A DNA stretch of 64,000 nucleotides, taken from Symploca sp. SIO2E6 (GTDB taxonomy: Bacteria; Cyanobacteriota; Cyanobacteriia; Cyanobacteriales; Coleofasciculaceae). The stretch spans positions 3,260 to 67,259 of the forward strand of contig JAAHGR010000028.1 of assembly GCA_010672425.1 (NCBI GenBank), written 5' to 3'. Shown piece after piece: positions 1 through 8,708 of this stretch. Within the stretch, counting starts at the first letter, position 1. Each line of letters begins with the position of its first letter. The position numbers and the translations under genes are program-made. A model generated the notes under the pieces. It worked only from the letters and a program-made list of their open reading frames with translations. It was not told where the DNA came from and made no database searches.

Positions 1-863
1 TTGTAGAGGGAATCTCATCTCATGCATGGCAGAATATTCCCACTCTCTCGGACTTCATTTTGTTCTGTAGAGCCGAGTCGCTAAATCTCTCACAAATTGG
101 CACTCAAAGTAAACAAGCCTTAGAGTTTATTGAGCTAAGACTTGCCTCTTGGGTGCAAAGTCCAGGGTTAGGAGAGTCTATATCTCAGCCTAGTACCTTT
201 CGCAGTGATGCTCCACTGCTGGTTTTTGCGTTAACCAACTTAGGCGATGACAATGAGGCAGCGGTAATTGCCTTGAGTGTTTACCTGGCTGCACTTCGTC
301 GCGCATTTGCGAGTGAGACAAGTCTGGTGGTAGTAGATGAAGCACCAGTTTTATTCCAATTTGATTCCATAAGTAATCTGATTGGTAGGCTTTTTGCCAC
401 CGGAGCTGGAGCTGGAATGAAAGTAGTACTTACTGGACAAGACCCAGATACCATTAAAAGCTCAAAAGCAGGTGAGCAAATCTTCCAAAATATGTCCACG
501 AAAATGGTTGGAAGGATTCAAAACTCGGCTGTGGGAAGTTTTGAGAAGATATTTGGCTACCCTCGTGAGCTTATCAGCAAAAATGCTAGTGAGAGTTTCT
601 TCCCAAAACGAGAGGGCATCTACAGTCAATGGCTGCTTGATAACAACGGCAAGTTTACCTTTTGTCGCTATTATCCACCGCTTATTTTATTGGCGCTGGT
701 TGCCAGCAATCCCGATGAGCAAATAGCAAGAGCCAAGGTGCTAAACCTCTACCCTCACGACCAACTAAAGGCAATAGCTGAGTTCTCTCAGCTATTAAAA
801 CTTTCCATACAATCAGGGACATCTATCAAACAGGTGGTAGATGATAAGATTTCCGGTCTTTAG
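1..863 (+). CDS. VirB4/TrbE-like type IV secretion ATPase, C-terminal part (5-prime end lies outside the window)
   Basis: The frame is open from base 3 to the stop at 861-863; the listed ORF 60..863 only begins at an internal TTG. Walker-B-like LVVVDEAPVLF and downstream VVLTGQDPD. Followed by virB5/6/8/10-like genes in canonical order. Confidence 0.6.
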   Translation, partial: VEGISSHAWQNIPTLSDFILFCRAESLNLSQIGTQSKQALEFIELRLASWVQSPGLGESISQPSTFRSDAPLLVFALTNLGDDNEAAVIALSVYLAALRRAFASETSLVVVDEAPVLFQFDSISNLIGRLFATGAGAGMKVVLTGQDPDTIKSSKAGEQIFQNMSTKMVGRIQNSAVGSFEKIFGYPRELISKNASESFFPKREGIYSQWLLDNNGKFTFCRYYPPLILLALVASNPDEQIARAKVLNLYPHDQLKAIAEFSQLLKLSIQSGTSIKQVVDDKISGL

Positions 864-919
864 GGATATAGGCAGCTTAAACTGCCTTTCTACACCTTCA
901 ATCTTTTGTAGTAATTAAC

Positions 920-1672
920 TTGTTTGGCTTTTCCAAAATGAAGCGTAAACCTCGCATCATTGCGGCAAAAATTGCCGCTTTTTTTGTTTCTCTGTGCATA
1001 CCTCTTATCTCTGCTTCGGCCTTGGCTCAAAGCAGCTATTGGTCAGAGTTGGGAGAGCTGTTTTATGACACCTATCTGGAGGCTAAAACCTACCTGGATC
1101 AACTCATTACAGAAGAATTTGGAGAAGATGCCCCTGCCATCCAGGAGGCAGTCGATGAAGCCCTTGGAGCGTTGGGATTGAGTGACCCGTTGATTGTTGA
1201 GGAGCAAATTAAGGAGGGAGTTATCAACCTTGATGAAGGATTAGAGCTTGACCTCACAAGACCCCCTGCTGTGGTAAGAGGAAGCGAGTTTGCCAAGGAG
1301 GTGGACAGACAACGGCTTCGCTCTCATACCAGCTCTGTTATTGGGCAAGAAGGGCAAGAGTTTATTCAAGAAAAACTCTCACAAATTAGTACAACCATTG
1401 TGGAAACACAGGAGCTTGGGTACGCAGCAGAGGAGGCAATATCCACTCAAGAAGCGGTCAAAAAACTTGCCCTTCAGAATAGCAAAGAAACAGAGCTTCT
1501 TGGAGCATTGCACACCGAGGTTATCAACAGCCGAATTGATACTCAATTTAATGCTGATGTCCTGGCAAATATCTCACAAACACTTGATGAAGAACGAAAA
1601 GCTCGTCTAAACGATGAGCTAAACCAAGCCATCATCAGGACGGTGCAATCTTCTCAAGCTGAGCTGTTTTAG
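920..1672 (+). CDS. Secreted helical protein, VirB5-like by position
   Basis: Signal peptide KIAAFFVSLCIPLISASALAQS. About 220-aa acidic helical mature part, directly after the VirB4-like gene. The start may be the ATG at 938 rather than the TTG at 920. Confidence 0.45.
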   Translation: MFGFSKMKRKPRIIAAKIAAFFVSLCIPLISASALAQSSYWSELGELFYDTYLEAKTYLDQLITEEFGEDAPAIQEAVDEALGALGLSDPLIVEEQIKEGVINLDEGLELDLTRPPAVVRGSEFAKEVDRQRLRSHTSSVIGQEGQEFIQEKLSQISTTIVETQELGYAAEEAISTQEAVKKLALQNSKETELLGALHTEVINSRIDTQFNADVLANISQTLDEERKARLNDELNQAIIRTVQSSQAELF

Positions 1673-1696
1673 TTGTCATCTTTTGGAGAGAAGAAA

Positions 1697-2776
1697 ATGA
1701 ATCAGACATTCTTGGCACAATTTAGCCTTTCCGATGTTCTGAGCGCAGGAGAGTTTACCTCAAATGAAGTCATTGAAGCCTTCAATCAAATCTGGACAGA
1801 CCTTTTGCTGTCACCTGGAATTTATCCCTCGATTGTCAAACTTGGACTGCTGATAGCGTTAGGTTCTATGGCAATTTTTCTTGTCCAATGGGGCAAGGAG
1901 ATGATGAAAGGAGGAAAACTTGTTGACTTTGATAAAGTTATCTGGGTTGTTGTTGTGATAATGCTGTTGAACAACGATGGCAGATTGCTTGCTGAGACAA
2001 CGCTAGGGCTAAGAGCCGTCATTAACGAAACCAACCAGATGGTGTTAAGCCAGACAGCAAATGATTTAACGCTGAGAGAAGCCTACAAACAGGCTGCTGT
2101 CCAGAAAAGTTCTGCCGAGGTTCTTGCCATTATTAAAGAACAATGTCGAACACAAGCTACCCCTGAAGCTCAGCAAAAGTGTTTGGAGCAAAAAGAGCGG
2201 CAGTTTGAGGAATATATTCGTCGGGTTCAAGAGATAAATGGCAGTGAAAACTCAAGTTATTGGGAGAGATTTACTGCTTACTTAAGACAAGAGATTGAGA
2301 CAGTTAGCAGCGGTGCTTTGGCAAGTTTTATCCGTCCAGCAATAGTGGGAGTTTTGGCATTATTGTTTGGCGCTTTTTCTTCAGCATTTCAATGGCTTCT
2401 TGAAATAGCCTTAATTCTTCAAGCCATGATTGCCCCCATCGCTGTTGGTGCATCAATTCTCCCCACCTCTTCCAAGCCAATTATTTCATGGGTTTCGGGA
2501 TTTTTTGCTTTGGGGATGGCAAAGCTTGGCTTCAATCTTGTTGCAGGTCTTGTTGCCACCGTTGATGTAACGGCAGGTGAGAGTTTATCCTCACTTGTTT
2601 TGCCAGTTTTCTTAGGGCTTTTTGCTCCGGTTTTAGCGTTGGTTGTTGCCGGAGGAAGTGGATTTGCCATGTTTGTTGCTCTCTCATCGGTTAGCAGCGG
2701 ACTGACAAATTTAGTGGTGACAAAAGTTACGACATCCTTTGCCAGAAGCTCAAAAAGCGTTGCTCCCAAAAAGTAG
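1697..2776 (+). CDS. Polytopic inner-membrane protein, VirB6/TrbL-like
   Basis: GGAGA Shine-Dalgarno 8 nt before the ATG at 1697. Multiple hydrophobic helices at both ends flank a soluble loop. Position after the B5-like gene. Confidence 0.5.
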   Translation: MNQTFLAQFSLSDVLSAGEFTSNEVIEAFNQIWTDLLLSPGIYPSIVKLGLLIALGSMAIFLVQWGKEMMKGGKLVDFDKVIWVVVVIMLLNNDGRLLAETTLGLRAVINETNQMVLSQTANDLTLREAYKQAAVQKSSAEVLAIIKEQCRTQATPEAQQKCLEQKERQFEEYIRRVQEINGSENSSYWERFTAYLRQEIETVSSGALASFIRPAIVGVLALLFGAFSSAFQWLLEIALILQAMIAPIAVGASILPTSSKPIISWVSGFFALGMAKLGFNLVAGLVATVDVTAGESLSSLVLPVFLGLFAPVLALVVAGGSGFAMFVALSSVSSGLTNLVVTKVTTSFARSSKSVAPKK

Positions 2777-2800
2777 CTATCTCCACACATTTTGTAACTC

Positions 2801-3514
2801 ATGAAAAATTCACTAATCGATAAGCGGCATAAAATTGGTATGCCGCTTTTGTTGTTGGTTATCTTAGCCTCACAAGGCTTGATTATTCTCTGCCTCCTGG
2901 GGCAATGGTTGTCTGTTCATAGGCTCTCAAAAAAACAGCTTGCCTATGTGCAGATGACATCAGGGGAGGTTGTGGCACTCAAAGCCGTTGATGCCGATGC
3001 TAGGACGCCTGAAACCATCCGCTTGTTTGTCAGCAAAACACTCTACTTGATGTTTAACTGGTCAGGCGAGATTGCCGGAGCTGATGGCAAGAAGATTTCA
3101 GACAAGGGACAAGAAATTGAGCTTGAAGGAGAGCGGATAAAGGTTCCAACAGCAGCTCTTTATGCAAGCTACGGCTGCTCAGAGGAGTTAAGACAACCCC
3201 TTCTAAAAAAGATATCCGAAATTGTCCCTCAAGGAGTCTTTGGCGGTGGCACTCAAGCCATTTTGACCATAGATCATGTCTCAATTCCCAAAGAGTTAGC
3301 CCCTGGCAGCAGTTGGGAGGTTCATGTGGTTGGGAAGCATCGCCTGATGAGGGGTTCATCTACGGTAAAAGTCGTTCCATTCAACAAGAAAGTGTATGTC
3401 CAAAGTCTCACAGCCCCTTGGGTTCCTGGAGGGGAGACCCCCTTAGAGCGAACAGTTTACTCTGTGCGTAAATCAGGACTTGAAATCTATCAAATGGATG
3501 AATTAAAGGAGTAA
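2801..3514 (+). CDS. Bitopic membrane protein, VirB8-like by position and size
   Basis: Single N-terminal TM (MPLLLLVILASQGLIILCLLGQWL) plus an approximately 190-aa periplasmic domain. Synteny only. Confidence 0.4.
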   Translation: MKNSLIDKRHKIGMPLLLLVILASQGLIILCLLGQWLSVHRLSKKQLAYVQMTSGEVVALKAVDADARTPETIRLFVSKTLYLMFNWSGEIAGADGKKISDKGQEIELEGERIKVPTAALYASYGCSEELRQPLLKKISEIVPQGVFGGGTQAILTIDHVSIPKELAPGSSWEVHVVGKHRLMRGSSTVKVVPFNKKVYVQSLTAPWVPGGETPLERTVYSVRKSGLEIYQMDELKE

Positions 3515-3526
3515 AAAACGAAACTC

Positions 3527-5602
3527 ATGAGTCAGCAGAATTTCAACGAATTAGCAGGATTTGATGTGGAAGAAGAATCGACATCATCTACCAACTCAGG
3601 ACTGTTAAATAGCGATGATGTGCAATCATTTGAAACACCCTCTGGTTGGTCGAGTAATCCTGTTGTGAGGGTAGGCGTAGTTGGTGTTGTAATTGGAGGT
3701 ATCTTATCGCTTGTAGCCGTTCTCTTTGGTGCATTTCGCCCATCTCCAGTAGCACAGCAGCCAGAAACACCTTCGACCTCTGAGTCATCAGGAAAAACAG
3801 CCGAGAAGCTAGCCGAACTTAAAGCTCAAAACGATAAGCTGCAAAAGGAGCTGTTGTTAAAAAAGCAAGAGGAGCTTACAGAACAGCCGCAGGAGAGTTC
3901 TGAGGCATCCAGTAAGCCCAAAGCGGCAACCAAGCCTGCAAGTAAACCAGAGCAAAAATCACAGCCACAACAAGAAAAACCTCAAGCTAAGCCTCAACCT
4001 ATCCCACAACCGCTTCCCGTGGTACATCCACCACAGCGTCAGGTTAGCCCTCCTGTGCCGCAGGTTCCCCATTCGGTGTCGCGCCCCGTGGTAAATTCAC
4101 AACCTGTAAAGTCGCTGCCAGCCCCGCAGCCGCGCCGTGTGTTACAGCAATTACCTATCGCACCACCAGAGTCGTCGCCTGTGGAATCCAGCGATCCAAG
4201 TGAGCTGATTGCCAAAGCACGAGCCGCAGGCAGCCACGGGCAAGGAGGAACAGGAGATAAAAAACCATCTCCAGCTTTACCCACCTCTCCCGCTGCCCTT
4301 GATTCTGTACCAAAACAAGTAGCTGGTGTCCCAGACCAGGGAACACCCAATGAGCAGCGTCTCACTCCTAAAGAACCTGTTGTAAAGCTTGAGTCTGAGC
4401 AGCAGCCACCTCCTACCACATTGGCTATTGGCTCCAGTGCTAAGGCTGTGGTTGAGACAGCTTGGGTTTCATCAGATGAGGAAAGCCCAAAGCAGTTTGT
4501 GGTAAGGCTTACAGAGACACTTCCTGCAACAGAAGGCACAGAGGGGCTTTCTGCTGGCACAAAGCTGGTTGCAGAAATTGGAGGTGTTAACAATGGCGGC
4601 ATGGTAGATGCAAAAATTGTGGCAGTAGTAAGGGGTGGTGAACGGGAATCCCTTCCCTCTGATGCTCTTGTATTAAATGCTACCTCTGGCACTCCTTTAG
4701 TCGCCAAACGCCAAGGAGGGGACATTGGCTCAGATTTAGCCCGTCTTGATGCAGAGGGAGCCTTGATTTCTGGAGTAGGCGAGATTACCCGTGGTAGCGA
4801 TGGTGTTGGAAGCCTTATCCCCCCTGGTGGAAACGGCAAGAGTGATGTTTTTGGACAGTTTTTGGATGGGGCATTGAATGAGGCGTTTGACACCCTTGAA
4901 GAAAGAAACAAGGCAGCAAAAGAAGAGCTTCAAAACCGCCCTGTTACCTGGCATCTGGCACAAGGCACAGCAGTTCAAGTGACAGTACAGGGTACTGTAT
5001 CTCTTGAGCCAAGCGAAAATTCAGCCAAAAAGCAGCCACCACAGCCTGAGACAACTCCCAATTTTTTTCCGCCTGGGGTTGATGAGGAAGGATACTTCTC
5101 TCCATCTACAACCACGCCTGTGGCTGTGCCTGTAAGCAATGAGTCACCTCCAGAGTCGGAAATTCCTAAAACACCGCTGCCACCTGCATCTGTAAATAAT
5201 GCTCCAGTGCAGCAGCGGGGAGGTGTTCAATCTCCTAACCCCACAGTCCACTCAGAGCCATCGGTGGTAAAGGTTTGGGCAGGTTCAGGCACAAATATCA
5301 GCTTTATTCCAACAGGAGAGACCATCATTCGTGCATGGCTTGATGACCCATCAATGGTCACGGTGGACTTTGACCAGCCTTTGTGTGCAGCAGATGCTCA
5401 AAGTTGTACCTCTGGTAGTCCGTCAGTGGTTCACCTGCGGCTCATTGAGGGTGTCAAAGTACCCAACATTCCTTCTGCCAACAGCTCTTTGCTTACGGTA
5501 ATTACCGAAACTGCTACCGGAGCGCAGAATCTCTACAGCTTCCGCATTGAACGCGGAACGGGAGAGCCTGAGTATCACAGCATTGAAATTTCAGGCAATT
5601 AA
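3527..5602 (+). CDS. VirB10/TrbI-like protein with an additional VirB9/CagX-like C-terminal domain
   Basis: N-terminal TM VVGVVIGGILSLVAVLF, then a long P/Q/S-rich spacer. Core AIGSSAKAVVETAW...LSAGTKLVAEIGG...VDAKIVAVV fits the VirB10 pattern. C-terminus VKVWAGSGTNISFIP...NLYSFRIERG fits the VirB9 N-domain pattern. Judged by eye. Confidence 0.5.
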   Translation: MSQQNFNELAGFDVEEESTSSTNSGLLNSDDVQSFETPSGWSSNPVVRVGVVGVVIGGILSLVAVLFGAFRPSPVAQQPETPSTSESSGKTAEKLAELKAQNDKLQKELLLKKQEELTEQPQESSEASSKPKAATKPASKPEQKSQPQQEKPQAKPQPIPQPLPVVHPPQRQVSPPVPQVPHSVSRPVVNSQPVKSLPAPQPRRVLQQLPIAPPESSPVESSDPSELIAKARAAGSHGQGGTGDKKPSPALPTSPAALDSVPKQVAGVPDQGTPNEQRLTPKEPVVKLESEQQPPPTTLAIGSSAKAVVETAWVSSDEESPKQFVVRLTETLPATEGTEGLSAGTKLVAEIGGVNNGGMVDAKIVAVVRGGERESLPSDALVLNATSGTPLVAKRQGGDIGSDLARLDAEGALISGVGEITRGSDGVGSLIPPGGNGKSDVFGQFLDGALNEAFDTLEERNKAAKEELQNRPVTWHLAQGTAVQVTVQGTVSLEPSENSAKKQPPQPETTPNFFPPGVDEEGYFSPSTTTPVAVPVSNESPPESEIPKTPLPPASVNNAPVQQRGGVQSPNPTVHSEPSVVKVWAGSGTNISFIPTGETIIRAWLDDPSMVTVDFDQPLCAADAQSCTSGSPSVVHLRLIEGVKVPNIPSANSSLLTVITETATGAQNLYSFRIERGTGEPEYHSIEISGN

Positions 5603-5663
5603 GAAGAAATTAGCAGCTTCAAGGGTGTATCTGCCATCAATTCACCCATTGGAGAACAGATAA

Positions 5664-6761
5664 ATGTACCTCAATAATTTCCTTCTTAGCAGCGTCCTTT
5701 CTGCAACATTGGCGGTTGAGAGCTTTTTTCCTAAGCCAGTTTTGAGTCAAGTTTCTGCCTCTATCCCTGATCTAAGCCGCATCACCTTTCGTAGTTTACC
5801 AGCTCAACAATCAGGCTCATTTCATGCTCCCCCTGAAATTGTAAATGCTTTAGGCTACGATCCTTCTCGAAGCTGGTATGCCGGACAGACAGCCGACCAC
5901 ATTATGCAGTTGGGAGATTTTGCTCAGAGCTTTGGTTTTGAGAGGTATTCATTGCGCTACATTGAACAGCTTACAGGCATTGATACAACCAGGCTTAGGC
6001 TCTCCGATATGGCGCTTCTTTCCTGGCAGACCATTGGTGAGCTCGTAAATGCCATACCAGAGCTTTCCCATTATCGCATAGCAGACATTGCTCCCATTGC
6101 TGACCTCTTGAGTCTCTATGGTGTGGGCTTTTCAGCAGATAACCTGATTGCAGATATCTTAGGCGACCAGTCATTATCAGCCCTGCCACTTAATCAAGTT
6201 GACTTAAGCCGCTATTCACTGTTTGAGCTTCCAGGACTTGAAACCACACCCTTTGGGTATTTTAACAACTGGCAACGTTCAACTATAAGCCAAGTTCCAG
6301 GACTTAACACCATTTCTTTGGGAACGTTATTCCGCATGAGTAATAACACGACTCCTGCAATCTCTTTGGTCGATATTGTCTTTGGTACAGCGGAGAATGA
6401 CCGTAACTGGACAGTGAGTGGGAGTTACCAGGAAGGTTTCAATGTTCCTTGTGAGCGGGAGTGCGCTCATATTGAGCTAGGACAACCGTTTTTAGGGATG
6501 CAGTGGATCTCTGGCAAGTATCAAGAAGTGCAAGGCGGTTTTGGTGTTTTGGCAGTAGTAAATGGTGGCAAAGAACCAACAGGCAGACACCCCTATGGTG
6601 ATGAGTTCAAAGTGGTTATTTGGGAAACCGATGAAGCCTCTGGAACAGCAGAACAAGCTCTCTTTTTTCGTTTCTGTAAAGGTTTTTTAGGCTGTACGCC
6701 TTATTTCATTGGTCCATTTCCTTGGTTTCCTGTAGAGGAAGAAGGGTTTATTGTGCTGTAA
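5664..6761 (+). CDS. Secreted protein of unknown family within the T4SS operon
   Basis: Signal-peptide-like N-terminus MYLNNFLLSSVLSATLAVESF. Cys pairs near the C-terminus (CERECAH, FCKGFLGC). No motif I can name. Confidence 0.5.
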   Translation: MYLNNFLLSSVLSATLAVESFFPKPVLSQVSASIPDLSRITFRSLPAQQSGSFHAPPEIVNALGYDPSRSWYAGQTADHIMQLGDFAQSFGFERYSLRYIEQLTGIDTTRLRLSDMALLSWQTIGELVNAIPELSHYRIADIAPIADLLSLYGVGFSADNLIADILGDQSLSALPLNQVDLSRYSLFELPGLETTPFGYFNNWQRSTISQVPGLNTISLGTLFRMSNNTTPAISLVDIVFGTAENDRNWTVSGSYQEGFNVPCERECAHIELGQPFLGMQWISGKYQEVQGGFGVLAVVNGGKEPTGRHPYGDEFKVVIWETDEASGTAEQALFFRFCKGFLGCTPYFIGPFPWFPVEEEGFIVL

Positions 6762-6821
6762 ACCTTTTCTTGATTCCTCAAGAATTACCCTCTTTACGTC
6801 CATTCACCCCTTTCATCTCCT

Positions 6822-8555
6822 ATGTCTAGGATTTCTGAGACTACCCAACCACCAACACCAGATATTTCTCCGTTCATTGAGCAGTTAGAAAACTCTTTAC
6901 TCTCCCTCAATGGTTTAGTGCTTCTTGGTTGTCTCGGTGTACTCGGTATTGTACATCTGTTACAAGGAGGGCTAGGGAATAAGAAAAAGCTAGCCACAGC
7001 CCATTTTGGAGGTAAAAAAGAGAAAAGAGCAGCTCATAAAGTTGCCATAAAACAGATGAAGGCGAGGCTACACAATCAAGTCTCTCTTTACATCAATACA
7101 CCCTCAGATGCCTCAGATACAAGAACGCTTTACCTGCCAGATGCACAGCGGGGTACTGCGGTAAGTGGCGCACCAGGATCAGGGAAAACCTACTCCGTGA
7201 TTGACCCCATGATTCGCTCATCACTTGAGCAAGGCTTTTCCACCATTATCTACGATTTCAAATACCCAACCCAGACATCGAGAATTATTCCCTATGCCAT
7301 AAGTTTAGGCTACGAAGTCTATATCCTTGCCCCTGGATTTTCTGAATCAGGAGTCATTAACCCACTTGATTTCTTACGCGACGAAACCGACACCGATTCA
7401 GCACGGCAGCTTGCGGTAGTGCTCAATAAGAACTTCCAGCTTGCAAGCCAAAAAAAAGATGATCCGTTCTTTACCCCTGCCGGAGACCAGCTAATTGAGG
7501 CGGTTCTTGCCTATGCCAAGTCAACAAAACATCCCGACTTGATGATGGCGCAATCGGTGTTAAGCCGTCCAGGATTAGCGGAGAGAGTGGCTTCCTCAAA
7601 AGACATGAATCAGTGGATTAAGAAAAGTTTTGACCAATTTGTGTCGGTAAAAGATTCCGAGAAAACTGCTGCCAGTATTGTCGGTACAGCTAACAATTTG
7701 TTCGCACGTTTTATGAAGCAGCAGGTAATAAGTGCCTTCTGTGGAAAGACCACCATACCGTTGGATATCCAAGGCAAAAAACTGATTGTGTTTGGCATGG
7801 ATAGAGAACGCCGTGATGTAGTATCCCCTCTGCTTGCAGCAATCCTGCACATGATTGTAACCAGAAACGTCTCACGTAAGCGGCGTGACCCATTGGTGTT
7901 GGCTCTTGATGAGCTTCCCACTCTGTACTTACCAAATCTGGTTAACTGGATAAATGAGTCCAGAGAAGATGGGCTTGTCACCATCCTTGGTTTTCAAAAT
8001 CTAGGTCAATTGGAGAGTGCTTACGGACATGATTTAGCTCGTGCAATCTTTGGAGCCAGCGGGACTAAATTCCTGTTTAATCCCCAAGAAAATGCCTCAG
8101 CAGAAACATTTTCTAATTCCTTAGGACAAGAAGAGATTGTCTATAAACAGAGGTCACAAAATTATAGCAAAGGTGGCAACAGTAGAAATGTCTCAGAACA
8201 ACGCCAGGTTCGCAAGCTGTTTGAGTCCAGCCAGTTTTTGAAGCTTAAAACGGGTGAGTGTATTTTGTTGAATCCGCACTTTGAGAGCAGGGATGAGTCC
8301 TACATTCCGATTCGCCAAAAAATTCACATTCCTCCATCAGAAATCAGAAAAGCATCTACCAGCAAAAAACTCTGGGATAAAGTTCGCCAGCGTTTAATTG
8401 AGCAAAGCCCACAGACAGTACCAACTGACTCCGACTTAGAGCAGCGAAGCCAGTTAGCAGAAGAGCTTTTGCCAATGCCTGAGTCGGATGAAGGAGGTGA
8501 CAGTGTAGCAAATGAACTTGAAGAGTCTGCCAGCAAACTAGAGAGGCTTCTGTAA
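6822..8555 (+). CDS. Type IV coupling protein (VirD4/TraG family)
   Basis: N-terminal TM, Walker A GAPGSGKT, Walker B LVLALDELPTL, TILGFQNLGQLESAYG motif. Confidence 0.8.
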   Translation: MSRISETTQPPTPDISPFIEQLENSLLSLNGLVLLGCLGVLGIVHLLQGGLGNKKKLATAHFGGKKEKRAAHKVAIKQMKARLHNQVSLYINTPSDASDTRTLYLPDAQRGTAVSGAPGSGKTYSVIDPMIRSSLEQGFSTIIYDFKYPTQTSRIIPYAISLGYEVYILAPGFSESGVINPLDFLRDETDTDSARQLAVVLNKNFQLASQKKDDPFFTPAGDQLIEAVLAYAKSTKHPDLMMAQSVLSRPGLAERVASSKDMNQWIKKSFDQFVSVKDSEKTAASIVGTANNLFARFMKQQVISAFCGKTTIPLDIQGKKLIVFGMDRERRDVVSPLLAAILHMIVTRNVSRKRRDPLVLALDELPTLYLPNLVNWINESREDGLVTILGFQNLGQLESAYGHDLARAIFGASGTKFLFNPQENASAETFSNSLGQEEIVYKQRSQNYSKGGNSRNVSEQRQVRKLFESSQFLKLKTGECILLNPHFESRDESYIPIRQKIHIPPSEIRKASTSKKLWDKVRQRLIEQSPQTVPTDSDLEQRSQLAEELLPMPESDEGGDSVANELEESASKLERLL

Positions 8556-8560
8556 GTTAG

Positions 8561-8660
8561 CTTTCAATTTGGAGTTTATACGAGTTCATAGTTAGCCCTA
8601 AAAAAAGGTGGTGAACTTAAACCTCCAAGCCACTATGAACTCCTAACTCCAAATTGAAAG
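8561..8660. repeat. Long interrupted inverted repeat between the T4CP gene and the next gene
   Basis: ctttcaatttggagtt...gagttcatagt (8561-8592) is complementary to actatgaactc...aactccaaattgaaag (8632-8660). The two arm blocks are interrupted by a small asymmetric internal mismatch (ata-c versus ct), and the central spacer is about 39 nt. Confidence 0.7.
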
Positions 8661-8708
8661 ATCCTAAGCCATTTTTTTTTAACCCAATAGTTAAAGGAGT
8701 CGATGTAA

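Noticed and set aside
4039-4911. 290-aa minus-strand ORF antisense to the VirB10/B9-like gene
   Set aside because: It lies entirely inside the Pro/Gln-rich, stop-poor region of a well-supported gene. The product is low-complexity (S/G/P/T-rich), with no Shine-Dalgarno or operon context. Compositional artefact.
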